A stretch of DNA of 61,997 bases, the filler included, from Nemertoderma westbladi (Eukaryota; Animalia; Xenacoelomorpha), in NCBI GenBank assembly GCA_032718475.1. It is 3 parts of 3 records of this genome, joined end to end, with 100 filler letters (N's around TTAATTAATTAA, not from the genome) between each part and the next. Parts side by side here need not be neighbours in the genome. Positions count along the whole stretch, not along the records: positions 34,443 to 61,997 come from JAUCBJ010002893.1; 2 more parts are not named here. The stretch is one strand, 5' to 3'. The translations under genes were made by a program, and so were the position numbers. Positions 50,792 to 61,997 of this stretch are shown piece after piece (positions within the stretch are counted from its first letter, which is position 1; each line of letters opens with the position of its first letter). The notes under the pieces are model-generated. The model saw only the letters and a list, made by a program, of their open reading frames with translations. It did not search any database and was not told the DNA's origin.

Positions 50792-53700
50792 AGAATGAAT
50801 TTGTATGAATTGGTATGAATTTGTTCAAGCGAATTCATATCGATGAGAAGTTAGGTAAAGACGATTTAGAAGATTGTCTCGAAAAGTTTGAGGACTTCGA
50901 AGATTTCCATCGAGACGAGATCTGCAATATTTCAGAATATGTTTCAATGTTTGATCAGAAATATCAGCGAGTAAAGAGACTTGGGATGACTCTCCCTCAG
51001 AAATTTTGGCCTTCAAATTATTAAGGAGATCTGCCATTTCTAAAGAAGAAAAAATGTTAGCATCACCGGAATGGATTATTCTCAGAAGGTGACATTATAT
51101 GATCAAGCACAAAAGTCTTTAAAAAAATTCATTAGCAAGGGAGCATCCGGATTACAAAGTCCGGCCATTAAACTTGTACCAACCTTTCTTGCCAAAAATG
51201 AAGAGGCACTAGCGGCTGCTGGTTACTATCATTCCTCTAGGAGTAATTGGCAACGTGGTGGTGGTGGTGGTAGAGTTCGGAGGGACGTTGGACATTTTGA
51301 TTCCATAAGGCGGTATGTTCTTCCCAGTTATAAGAAAGATGCTGGTAATTTGGGCTGTTCAGGTCACCGAATTAGTGCAGTTCGAGCCCAAGACAGGAAA
51401 GTGAACTCAGCTGGTACTGATGGAAAACCTCTTACTTGTCGCTGCTGTGGTTCATTTCGACATGAGATTGTCCTGATAGTTGGGAAAATCTGGAGAAAGT
51501 CCACTACACTAATAATGATGACAAATTTCACGATTCTATGATGCCTGCAGAACTAAACCTGTCTGAAAAGACGACCCCATCGGAAATATTGGAGGAGTAT
51601 GATTGTGAAGATGTTCTGCTAAGTGTGTTCACTACGACCTCATCATCCACTGAGATTTATCAACTTGGCGTTGAAGCTTCCAATTGTGCTGTATTGGATA
51701 GCGCCTGTACCAGCACTGTATGTGGAAAGGATTGGATCAACAACTACATTTCCAGTTTATGCGATACTTACAGATCCAAAATTCAATTGAATGAGGGCCA
51801 CAAAATATTCAAATTTGGTGGCGGCACCAAGCTGAGATCAATTTCTGAGTGTTTAATTCCAGCTTTTATAGCCAGGCGGGATGTTCAAATTCGAACAGAT
51901 GTTGTAGAATCCGATATTCCACTACTCCTTTCCAGGGAATCTATGAAGCGCGCACAAATGACTTTGGACTTGAATTCTGATGAAGCCACAGTTTTTGGCA
52001 GACGCATATCTTTAAATACTACTTCAACTGGACATTACTGTATTCCAATTATGAAAGATATACCAGAAAATTACGTCCGTGCACTCGTGCAGTTAACTTT
52101 ACTGCAATGGATGACAAGCACCTTCATCAAACTATTCTGAAATTACACCGTCAATTTGCTCATCCATCAGCCAAGAAACTGATAAATCTCCTAAAAGATG
52201 CTAAGGTATGGCAAGATAGTTGTAAACCTATAGTTGACAATATTGTAGAACATTGTGAAGTTTGTAAGCGATTCAAAAAATCTCCACCGATTCCCATTGT
52301 TGGACTACCAATGGCATGTGAATTTGATCAAGTTTTGGCAATCGATCTTAAGGTTTGGGAAAAACAGTGGATACTCCATATGGTAGACGTATGGTCTCGG
52401 TATACTGTATCCGTCTTCGTTTCAAGTAAATTACCTTGTGACATTGTTGATAAAATAATGACTAACTGGCTTTCCAGTTGTGTGTTTCGTGCGTCACGGA
52501 GGTGTATTCGTTCGTCTTTCTCCTAATCGTCTCATTGCTATCAATTCGCTTGAACAAATTCCCGCAGTTCAAGTTCCTGATGAGTTCAAGCCAGAGGCAG
52601 TTTCCAAACTTGTGGATAACAATTGTGGTACAATAAGAAATACAGCAGCTCTGACACCAGTATTAAAGCATACTGTACCAACCAGTTCAACTGGAATCAA
52701 CAATTGCGGTCTTCAGGAAATGATCTCGACAATTGTGCCATCTAACAAAGACACAAATGTATACAATATCTCAGGCAATCTAAAGTCCAAACAAAAATCC
52801 ACAAATAACGTGAACTCCTTGCCACGTTCAGCACAATGTATTAAATTTCTTGATCATGACACACCACAATGGCTTACAGCGACTGTTATGGGTCGTGCTG
52901 GTAAAGCATCAGGAAAGTATAGGGATTATTGGTTTAACGTGGAGGAGTCTAATGGAGTTCAGAGGTGCATTGACTTTGGTTCTAACCCTTGGATCCAAGG
53001 TGATGCGACTAATGAAGTAAATTTAGTTCTCATTCCCAGAAATGAGCAGTCTTCTCCTGAGTGCCAACTAGCAAAATTAGTGGAGCTACAAAAATTGATA
53101 GATTTTGAAGATCAAGAGCTACCTTTCAACGGACAACCATGCATATCGACGCGGTGGGTTCTATGGCATAAGGGAACAGAGATTCGTGCTCGTCTAGTTG
53201 CCAGAGGATTTGAAGAGCAAATTGAGGTAGCTACAGACTCTCCTACAGTTGCAAAATGTACACTTCACACATTTTTGGCTATCGTTTCCAGTAAAAAATG
53301 GGTTCTAAAAACAACTGACAATCTGAAAATCTGCCTTTCTCCAAGGTGAATCCCTAGTACGTGATGTCTTCCTCCATCCACCCCAGGAGGCTAATACGCC
53401 GTTGGGATATATTTGGCGATTAAATAAGTGCTTGTATGGTTTGAATGACGCAGCTCGTCAGTTCTACAATAGTGTGGTAGAAGAGATGTTGACCCTCGGT
53501 TGCAGCCAATCTCCATTAGACCCTGCTCTATTTTATTTTAGAGAGGATGGCAATCTTTGCGGTATTCTAGTCTCACACATTGACGATTTCCTACAAGCAG
53601 GAAATCGAAACTTCGACTCAAAAGTTATACAGAATCTCACCAATAGATTTCTTGCGGGAAAGGAAGCTGCTCATAAATTTACTTACGTTGGTTTTGAATT

Positions 53701-54471
53701 GTGTCAGCTTCCTAATGAGATAATTTTAAACCAGGAATCATACTTAAAGAATATTGAGATAAAGGACATACATTATCCTTGAGCAAGTCAACAAAAAATG
53801 AAAATTTAGGCCCATCTGACCTTATCATGTACCGGTCTCTAGTTGGTAAACTTAATTGTCTCGTGCAAGGGTCTCGCCCAGACTGGTCCTTTGAGCTAAT
53901 AGATCTTAGCACACACTTCAGGGATGCTCGAATGGAATACTTATTGCGAATCAGAAAAATTTTGCTAAATGTCAAAGATAGAAATGCTTTCATTGTGTTC
54001 CCAAACTTAGGTAACCCAATCAATTGGTATCTAATTTTATTTACTGATGCTTCATTAGCTAATCTAGCAGACGGAATGAGCAGTACTATGGCATTTGTTC
54101 TGTATCTAGTTGGCATAGATAATCGCTCCTGTCCTCTTTCTTGGAATGTTTGCAAGATTAAACGTGTTGTCCGGTGTACGATAGCTGCAGAGGCGTTAAG
54201 TCTTCAAGAAAGTCTAGAGCAATCGATATACACAAGAGGTGTCATTAGAGAAATAATTGGTGATGGTGATTCTTTAAAAATACCCATCCGCGCGTATGTC
54301 GACAACAAGAGTGTCGTTGAAGCCATTCACTCAACGAAATTGGTTGATGACAAGCGACTACGAATCGATATTGGGGCTATAAAACAATCCCTAGAGAAGA
54401 ATTTCATCTCCTGGAGAGAATACAATATGGTCGAATTGACTTTCTACGATAATGTAACGATTCGTCAGTAG
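50792..54471 (+). mobile_element. Decayed Copia-superfamily retrotransposon internal region (gag-PR-IN-RT-RH)
   Basis: Zn knuckle CRCCGSFRH. Protease VLDSACTSTVCG. Integrase LHRQFAH...CEVC, AIDLK, with the core partly deleted. RT ISTRWV, RARLVARGFEE, LYGLNDA, HIDD. RNase H FTDAS. Many frameshifts, no LTRs seen. Confidence 0.9.
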
Positions 54472-54654
54472 ACTATGTTTTAAACCATTGGAGTATAACA
54501 GACATGTGATTGATATTTAGAATAACAACAACAAAAAAATATAATTTATACTAATCTATGATTGAATCTCTAGGATGCATATCTACATATATTTAGGATA
54601 AGGAAGGACTAAAAAAAGTATTTATATTAATGTTAATATCTAGGATATGTGTAA

Positions 54655-55534
54655 GTAATATAGTGTCATTTTCTGATGACACGGACCCCCCCCCCCCCCC
54701 ACAGATTTTTCTACAAATCTTTATCATATTGCTTGAAATTTGAAACACAACTAGTTCCACTCACCGTCGATGACCCCATGAAGCCGGAATTTTCGATTTT
54801 GCCTTTAAATTTTTTTATAAGCGTTTTAAAAAAGTGTCTTTTGCGAAATCGCACCCTCTGTATCGTAGCCATTCTTCACATTAGTCGTAATTTTTTCATC
54901 ATTAAAAAGCTTGCGTTGCAAGGATTCCAAATATGTAACAATATCTGAATTTCGTTGAGAAACAGCTGAGATATAGGCGTTCAAAGATTGCAAGAATTAT
55001 TGTTCGCTGAAGGCCATTTATTCTATTAAATAAATACACGATGTTCTGGAATATTTTGTTTAAGTATGAATAGCTACGCAATATATATATTGGATAGGAA
55101 TACCGCTGTTGCCAACCAACTTATGAAATAAATAACACATTCTAGAATTTTGTGTATTTATTAAATAGAATAAATGGCCTGCAGCGAACGATAATTCTTG
55201 CAATCTTTGAACGCCCATATCTCAGTTGTTTCTCAACGAAATTCAGATATTGTTACATATTTGGAATCCTTGCAACGCAAGCTTTCTGATGATATGTGAA
55301 GAATGGCCACGACACGGAGGGTGCGATTTCGCAAAAGACACTTTTTTAAAACGCTTATAAAAAAAATTTAAAGGCAAAATCGAAAATTCCGGCGTGATGG
55401 GGTCATCGACGGTGAGTGGAACTAGTTGTGGTTCAAATTTCAAGCAATATGATAAAGATTTGTAGAAAATTCTGGGGGGAGGGGGGGGGGGGGGGGGTGG
55501 GGGGGCGTGTCATCTGAAAATGACACTATATTAC
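54655..55534. mobile_element. Near-palindromic MITE (~880 bp)
   Basis: gtaatatagtgtcattttc...gaaaatgacactatattac ends. Inverted arms of ~380 bp with polyC/polyG tracts. Superfamily unresolved. Confidence 0.85.
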
Positions 55535-55567
55535 GGGACATGGTGTATAGCAGTATTTAGTATTAAC

Positions 55568-56692
55568 AGTAGGTAGATGTTTTGTACCATAGTACAGTAG
55601 GTAGATGTTTTGTACCATTGTACAGTAGGTAGATGTTTTGTACCATGGTACAGTAGGTAGATGTTTTGTACCATGGTACAGTAGGTAGATGTTTTGTACC
55701 ATGGTACAGTAGGTAGATGTTTTGTACCATGGTACAGTAGGTAGATGTTTTGTAACATAGTACAGTAGGTAGATGTTTTGTACCATGGTACAGTAGGTCG
55801 ATGTTTTGTACCATAGTACAGTAGGTAGATGTTTTGTACCATAGTACAGTAGGTAGATGTTTTGTACCATAGTACAGTAGGTAGATGTTTTATACCATGG
55901 TACAGTAGGTCGATGTTTTGTACCATAGTACAGTAGGTAGATGTTTTATACCATGGTACAGTAGGTCGATGTTTTGTACCATAGTACAGTAGGTAGATGT
56001 TTTATCCGATAGTACAGTAGGTAGATGTTTTGTACCATAGTACAGTAGGTAGATGTTTTGTACCATAGTACACTAGGTAGATGTTTTGTACCATAGTACA
56101 GTAGGTAGATGTTTTGTCCCATAGTACACTAGGTAGATGTTTTGTATTATAGTACAGTAGGTAGATGTTTTGTACCATGGTACAGTAGGTAGATGTTTTG
56201 TACCATAGTACAGTAGGTAGATGTTTTATACCATGGTACAGTAGGTCGATGTTTTGTACCATAGTACAGTAGGTAGATGTTTTATACCATGGTACAGTAG
56301 GTCGATGTTTTGTACCATAGTACAGTAGGTAGATGTTTTGTACCATAGTACAGTAGGTAGATGTTTTGTACCATAGTACAGTAGGTAGATGTTTTATACC
56401 ATGGTACAGTAGGTCGATGTTTTGTACCATAGTACAGTAGGTAGATGTTTTATACCATGGTACAGTAGGTCGATGTTTTGTACCATAGTACAGTAGGTAG
56501 ATGTTTTATCCCATAGTACAGTAGGTAGATGTTTTGTACCATAGTACAGTAGGTAGATGTTTTGTACCATAGTACAGTAGGTAGATGTTTTATACCATGG
56601 TACAGTAGGTCGATGTTTTGTACCATAGTACAGTAGGTAGATGTTTTATACCATGGTACAGTAGGTCGATGTTTTGTACCATGGTACAGTAG
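55568..56692. repeat. 28-bp satellite array 3
   Basis: Same unit and orientation as arrays 1-2, with local variants (gtcgatg, ttatacc). Confidence 0.95.
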
Positions 56693-57616
56693 TTGATGTT
56701 ATTGGAAGAGAACGTTTTTACATTTTTAATGATTTAGGCCAACCTGGATTATATTTGAATATCATTGGCGGTCCATGTGAAATATACAAACTTTCTGCTG
56801 TTATATTTCACTTTGCAGTTTACTACTAACTAAGAATACCAGGTTTTCACCAAAGCCACAGGTTACACAATGACTGAATCTAACCAAAACAATAAACGAA
56901 TTAGTATATATGTACAGGTTATAAGATATAAATAAGCGCTATAAAACACTTGATAAGGATAAACTTAAAAAAATACAAACTCTTCATATATATGTTTCCA
57001 ATCAAATTCCTACCGTTCTAATTAGTGTCGTTTCCAAAATTTTCAGTGTTTTTTTGACTACATAATTACGTAAATTTTGGTTCAAGCCCTTAAAAAATAA
57101 GTGCTCTATAACTATTATAATGGATCCCGCCTTTTTGTAGCCGCTCTCTGCTATGGTTACGTAAAGTTCTGCTGCACGAAGGCCGCCTCAGACCTGTTAA
57201 ACTTAACGAAATGAAACAAATAAAATCACAACTTGATGACGTAAATAACTATAAATAGACCGTTGAACCATATTATTATGAAACCAGAATTTTGGCAACC
57301 TTGAACCCCATTAAAATGTCTAATAATTGCCGTTGGTTTACAGTAAATACTTGATTGGCATCTCAACTATGACAACAATATAAGAATCATGGAATATAAG
57401 AGTAGATAGCCTAGTATTCTATCTAAATGTTATCACCGACGACAATGTGCTTGCAATTTATAGACGGGAACCGGTTTAGACCGGTTGGTACCAGATATAC
57501 TGTACTGTATCATATAAGATAACATAACAAAGGTAGCCAACCTATTTACCATTACATTATATTTTCATAAATCTAGATTGTTTGAGATACGACCCAGGAA
57601 AATAATATAGTTAACT

Positions 57617-58888
57617 ATGGTTTGGGACACATCTCCCCTAGTCAAAGGGGTTTGTGGTCAGAAGAAACATCATCATGGCCATCATCATCACAACACACGA
57701 TACGCCCACAAAGCGGTGCTTGTGTTCTCGGTCCTGCAGCTCATTGGGGCCATGACGCTGATGCATTTGGGAGGTTTCGCTAAGGGCACCTACGGTATGT
57801 CGCGTCATTGTGAGTATGGTCTGGGAGCCATGATATTCTTTATAACGGGTCTGCTTGGAGCCATCGCTTCCCAGAGGCGATCCCATCGTATCATCGTAGC
57901 CACTCTCGTGTTCTCGATAATCAGCGTAGTGGCCGCCATGGGATGCGTCGGGTTGGGGGGCTTCAAGGTCTACCAAAAGATACAGTGGAAGAGGGGGATG
58001 CAAGAATACCAGCAAGGAGACGAGATGTACGATTACCAACGACCATCACCGTCACCACCGATAACCCCAGATCAGCTCCCGGAATCCATTGATATCGCCG
58101 GCGAAATTGTCAAAGTTGATGATCTTGTAAAGTATATGGTGGAAGAACGCAACACCTCCAATAAGCTGTTGGATTACATTGAACAGGAGCTATTCGAATC
58201 GACCAAAGCTGATATGGTTGCTAAGCTACAGAAGTTGTTGGAAGATAATGCGTGGATACCTAAGGAGGTCTCTGATATCATTATCAGCACCGTCAACAAC
58301 AGTCGATGTCCTTTCTTTATGGATAAAGCTGTTCGAAACGTGGAGAAGCTACTGGCAAAGGGCGAAGTGAGCAAAGATGACATGGACCGTATTATGGATG
58401 AGTGGGGTGCCGATAAGATCGCGATGAAGATTATCTGGAAAGGATGTCTGGGGAGATTGTTGAGAGCGGAAAGACAGGAGGACGAAGAAGACGAAGACAC
58501 TAGCGAGGCGGATAGCGGTGAGGAGAAGAACGACAATGATGATGATGATGTAAAGAGATGGTGGAAGAAGATGATTATGAGAAAGAAGTTCAAGGAAGGT
58601 GGGAGTAGCGAAGGAAAGCCATGGTGGAAAAAGCACCATGGTAAGAGAGGAGGGGACAAGAAGAATAAATGCATGAAGTTATTTGTGTACGCGGTGGGTT
58701 TGGGGTTGGGGTTCTTGCATCTCGTGGTCAATGTGGTTCTTACGATTCTTGGAGCTCGAGGTGTTTGTGGAAATAGAGGAGCGGAGACGAGCAGCGTGTC
58801 TACCACAGATGGGAGCGGACTCTACACCAGCATTCAGACAGCCCAAGGTCAAGGAGACTACCCGGAGAAGCAGCCTGTGATATCGTAG
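57617..58888 (+). CDS. CD20/MS4A-like four-transmembrane protein with a very large second loop
   Basis: Intact 423-aa ORF. Three N-terminal hydrophobic helices (VLQLIG; GAMIFFITGLLGA; LVFSIISVVAA) and a fourth near the C-terminus ending in GVC, which is the CD20/MS4A/sarcospan-like pattern. Confidence 0.75.
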   Translation: MVWDTSPLVKGVCGQKKHHHGHHHHNTRYAHKAVLVFSVLQLIGAMTLMHLGGFAKGTYGMSRHCEYGLGAMIFFITGLLGAIASQRRSHRIIVATLVFSIISVVAAMGCVGLGGFKVYQKIQWKRGMQEYQQGDEMYDYQRPSPSPPITPDQLPESIDIAGEIVKVDDLVKYMVEERNTSNKLLDYIEQELFESTKADMVAKLQKLLEDNAWIPKEVSDIIISTVNNSRCPFFMDKAVRNVEKLLAKGEVSKDDMDRIMDEWGADKIAMKIIWKGCLGRLLRAERQEDEEDEDTSEADSGEEKNDNDDDDVKRWWKKMIMRKKFKEGGSSEGKPWWKKHHGKRGGDKKNKCMKLFVYAVGLGLGFLHLVVNVVLTILGARGVCGNRGAETSSVSTTDGSGLYTSIQTAQGQGDYPEKQPVIS

Positions 58889-59204
58889 ATAATCGCTGCA
58901 CTAAAAAACTTTGAAGATTTTATGTACATAAATACACTATTTATTTACTGTGTAGTAAAGTGTAGTTACAGTGTAGTTTTGAATATTTTACATTAGTTTT
59001 ATGTAAATATTTTATTCCACAATAGAAAATTACTTACTAACACGGTTAAGGTAGTCTCTATCACAATTGAGTAGGCCTACCTGGCTTCATATTATTTATT
59101 AGTACTGCCGATACAGATATCAGGATCAGTCTATGAGTTTAGCTGATTCTATCAGTGACTGACACTCATCGTTCTGTTACTGATGCACCACTGTACGACT
59201 GTGA

Positions 59205-59312
59205 CTGTACCGATATAGGAGTTCCGGTACACGTCATTGTGCGACCAGTGCTGTTCTGTACCGATATAGGAGTTCCGGTACACGTCATTGTGGGACCAGT
59301 GTGCTGTTCTGT
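59205..59312. repeat. ~51-bp tandem duplication
   Basis: ctgtaccgatataggagttccggtacacgtcattgtg occurs twice in tandem. Confidence 0.85.
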
Positions 59313-60448
59313 AGCGAATAAATACCGTGAACTTAAAGTAGGCTTATTTATTCAATTATGGAATAAATTTACGTAAATTTAGCATTATAGAGTACTTTAT
59401 TTGCCTTGCTTCGCTCTGTTGTACAATATACCTATAAAGTTGCTTTGCACAATATGTTTGTTAATGTTAATATTTTCTTTAATGATGTATACAGTACAGA
59501 CTATAGCTATAGTAATCACTATACCTTGCGAAGGAACACGACCGGTTAAAAACACATTGATACGAATTTAACATCTATTGTGACCAAATTCAACAATTTC
59601 AGCATTTCGAATTTGACGATTTCTTCGAAAAACTAAAAAATATTTCTCTCAAGGTATTAAACAGATTTTGCAAAGTTCCGGCGGAATTTACAAATTAATT
59701 ATTAAACAATTTATAAATGTTATATTAAATGGAAATTGTTTTTTTTTTGAGATACAGTATTTGTTTTCGTCTGAGTCAAACCTAATATGCTAAAAAGGTA
59801 TGCATGCATTAAAGTTGCTGCATAAATGCATACAGCATAAATTACTAAGCTCCTTTGGTTGTGCTAGAAATAATTGTTATCGTCGCAAATATAACACTCC
59901 CCCCATCTTTACACTGTTAGCTTGACTGCAGTTCATGGGAACTAAAAATGTTACGCATGTCTTGTTTATGTGTGTTTGTTATTACTACACGGTATTACTT
60001 GCAAAGCTAAACCTGGAGGAGCAAAAGTCGTCAAGTTTCGAATAGGTAGTGATTTTATTTCAGGTTTAGATAAGATAGCCGACCCTCTGAAAAAATGTAG
60101 TAACAATTCTGTAACCCGGCCAACCGCAAATATTTAAAAATAGATTTAAAAATTTTAATTTACGTTTTAGGCCTACCTAACCTACCGATATTTATTTAAA
60201 GTTATTGATATCAATATTTTTTTCGTTGTCTTACTTTCATTCATATCTTCTTTGTGGTTCCAACTTTTACGAAATTAATAAACTATATAAATAAAATTCT
60301 TTGCTCTTTGCTAAATATTTTATTATGTTTAATATATTATATGCCGGTACATTTAATAAAACTAAATAAACTAAATATTAGCGATATTTAGGCTTGAGTT
60401 GCTTTTGTAATCAGCTAAAAACACACTATTATTTTTCTGTTGCAGTAA

Positions 60449-61056
60449 TGGAGCGTTCATAAAGTATGTCACGCAAATGTTCTCGATTTTTGATGCCCCT
60501 CCCCCGCTGTTACAAAGTGTCATTCAAGCTCGACCACCTCCACCTTCTGGCACATTTAGTAAATGTGTAATACCCCCCCCCCCCCCCCCCATCCTCCCAG
60601 ATCAAATATATTTGATGTCAATAATACACAATGTTTGTTATACTGTACCACAATACAAACGAAATAAATGTTACAGTCCTGGTCTTTATTTACACGTTCG
60701 AACAGTACCTAGTATAATGATGGACAGTACGAATCGTAGGGAATTAATTAGATATCCAAAATATTTTAATGAAGCAGCTTTTTATAGCTAGGAACTAACT
60801 GCCTGATTTCTGAATATTGAAGCAAAGTTATGCATAAACTTTTTAACGTTTTATTAATGTTAAGGAAAGTTACCCACTGATCTACAAACGTGTAAAGTGA
60901 AAGTCAAGCTAACATTAAGGCATAGAGAACATCGCCGTGTCCGTCAAAAAGTCGAGACCCCCCCCCCCCCCCCCCCCCCTTTGTCACAAAATGTCATGCA
61001 TCGACCCCCCCCCCCCCCCCCCCCCCTAGTGCGTGACATACTTTATGAACGCTCCT
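60449..61056. mobile_element. PIF/Harbinger-like MITE
   Basis: 25-bp TIRs ggagcgttcataaagtatgtcacgc / gcgtgacatactttatgaacgctcc, TAA/TTA-type flanks and subterminal polyC tracts. Confidence 0.7.
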
Positions 61057-61459
61057 TACCACTGTAGTAGTTAGAGAAAGGTAAATTATATTACGAGATA
61101 TATTGATATATTCGCTCTACTTTGTACACCACCGTTTCGTGTTTCTCTTGTAATTTGTACCGATATTTCACAAGCATTCCCATTAAATATTGAAACTTAA
61201 TCTATACTGTACGTAACTAATTTTTAGAAATCACCTCATTCTGGGTCACCATCACCACTTTTCCATCTTGAGATGTCACCCTTACCATTTTTGTGAGAGT
61301 TATTATGGTTTCGAGTCGCCTGTGCCACAAATCAACTCGCTCTGGAATACGATAGCTGTTGGATGTGTTCGAGGGAGCAGATTCAATTGAAGGTGTTTCC
61401 GAATAACCTGCCGTGCCACTCTGTGGATGTGTGAAGTGCCACAATATTATCATACCATA

Positions 61460-61782
61460 TCATCTCAGCCTAGACTGAGAACACTCCCCAGTTATCTCAG
61501 CCAAGGCTGAGAAGACTCCCCTTAGGCTGAGATAACTCCCCTAATTGAGTTATAATTCATATCGAAATCCGTACCTGTGTTATTTTCGTATATTGCAAAA
61601 ATAAAACTGTAACCTATGTTATTGATATATCATTTTGTTTTGATTAGAAAAGCTCGCCACTGTAACCTGCTCCTTTCCGTTAATTAAGAAATCTAGGGAG
61701 AAAACTGGGGAGTGTTCCCAGCCTAGGCTGAGAAGACTGGGGAGTCATATTGGGTGGGGAGTTATCTCAGCCTGTTACACCG
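61460..61782. mobile_element. Foldback element with ggctgagaNNactcccc repeat arms
   Basis: Inverted arrays of ctgagataactcccc / ggggagttatctcag, right end tgttacaccgg. A related end fragment lies at 6484-6508. Confidence 0.6.
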
Positions 61783-61997
61783 GCCTATGTCCTGTATGTA
61801 AACTGGAAATTAAAACCTTTACTCCAAACGTTCCGTAATATCCAGCACAAATCCAATCCTGTAGCGCTGAATTTGAGAGAAACATGACGTCACAGGAAAG
61901 ACCTTGTAACGCCTCAAACGTAACTTACACTTACTGTAAAGGTACCCTTGTTGTATGAACAGTTTTACACTTACAACGTTACAGGGTGGACAAAACC

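Noticed and set aside
48739-56430. Long Tyr/Thr-rich minus-strand ORFs
   Set aside because: Translations of the 28-bp satellite, open in all three minus-strand frames.
57638-58806. Antisense ORFs of 133, 210 and 96 aa
   Set aside because: Shadows of the MS4A-like CDS.
61217-61453. 78-aa minus-strand ORF in GC-richer sequence
   Set aside because: No recognisable motif or splice support. It could be an exon, but the sequence alone cannot show this.

Overview
AT-rich, repeat-dense animal genomic DNA (probably an aquatic invertebrate, inferred from the element families) with two 100-nt scaffold gaps. It holds three host genes on the + strand: the first exon of hydroxypyruvate isomerase (HYI), a single-exon APC/C subunit 10 (ANAPC10), and a single-exon CD20/MS4A-like four-TM protein with a very large second loop. 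The rest is nested transposable elements: Crack/L2-type, CR1, RTE and RTEX LINEs, a Penelope-like element, a BEL/Pao element, a decayed Copia, a tRNA SINE, hAT, P, Mutator-like, Harbinger-like and Helentron-like elements, and 18-, 28-, 44- and 61-bp satellites. Main leads: (1) the BEL/Pao element has no tRNA primer site but has a 12-nt LTR-abutting sequence exactly complementary to a site inside its own LTR, the Tf1 self-priming geometry; (2) a non-coding ~690-bp unit occurs as circularly permuted tandem copies with a covarying structured RNA core (retrozyme-like); (3) a 2A-like motif precedes a LINE endonuclease; (4) a decayed minimal hammerhead sits in the Penelope tail. All family assignments come from motif recognition by eye, without database searches.
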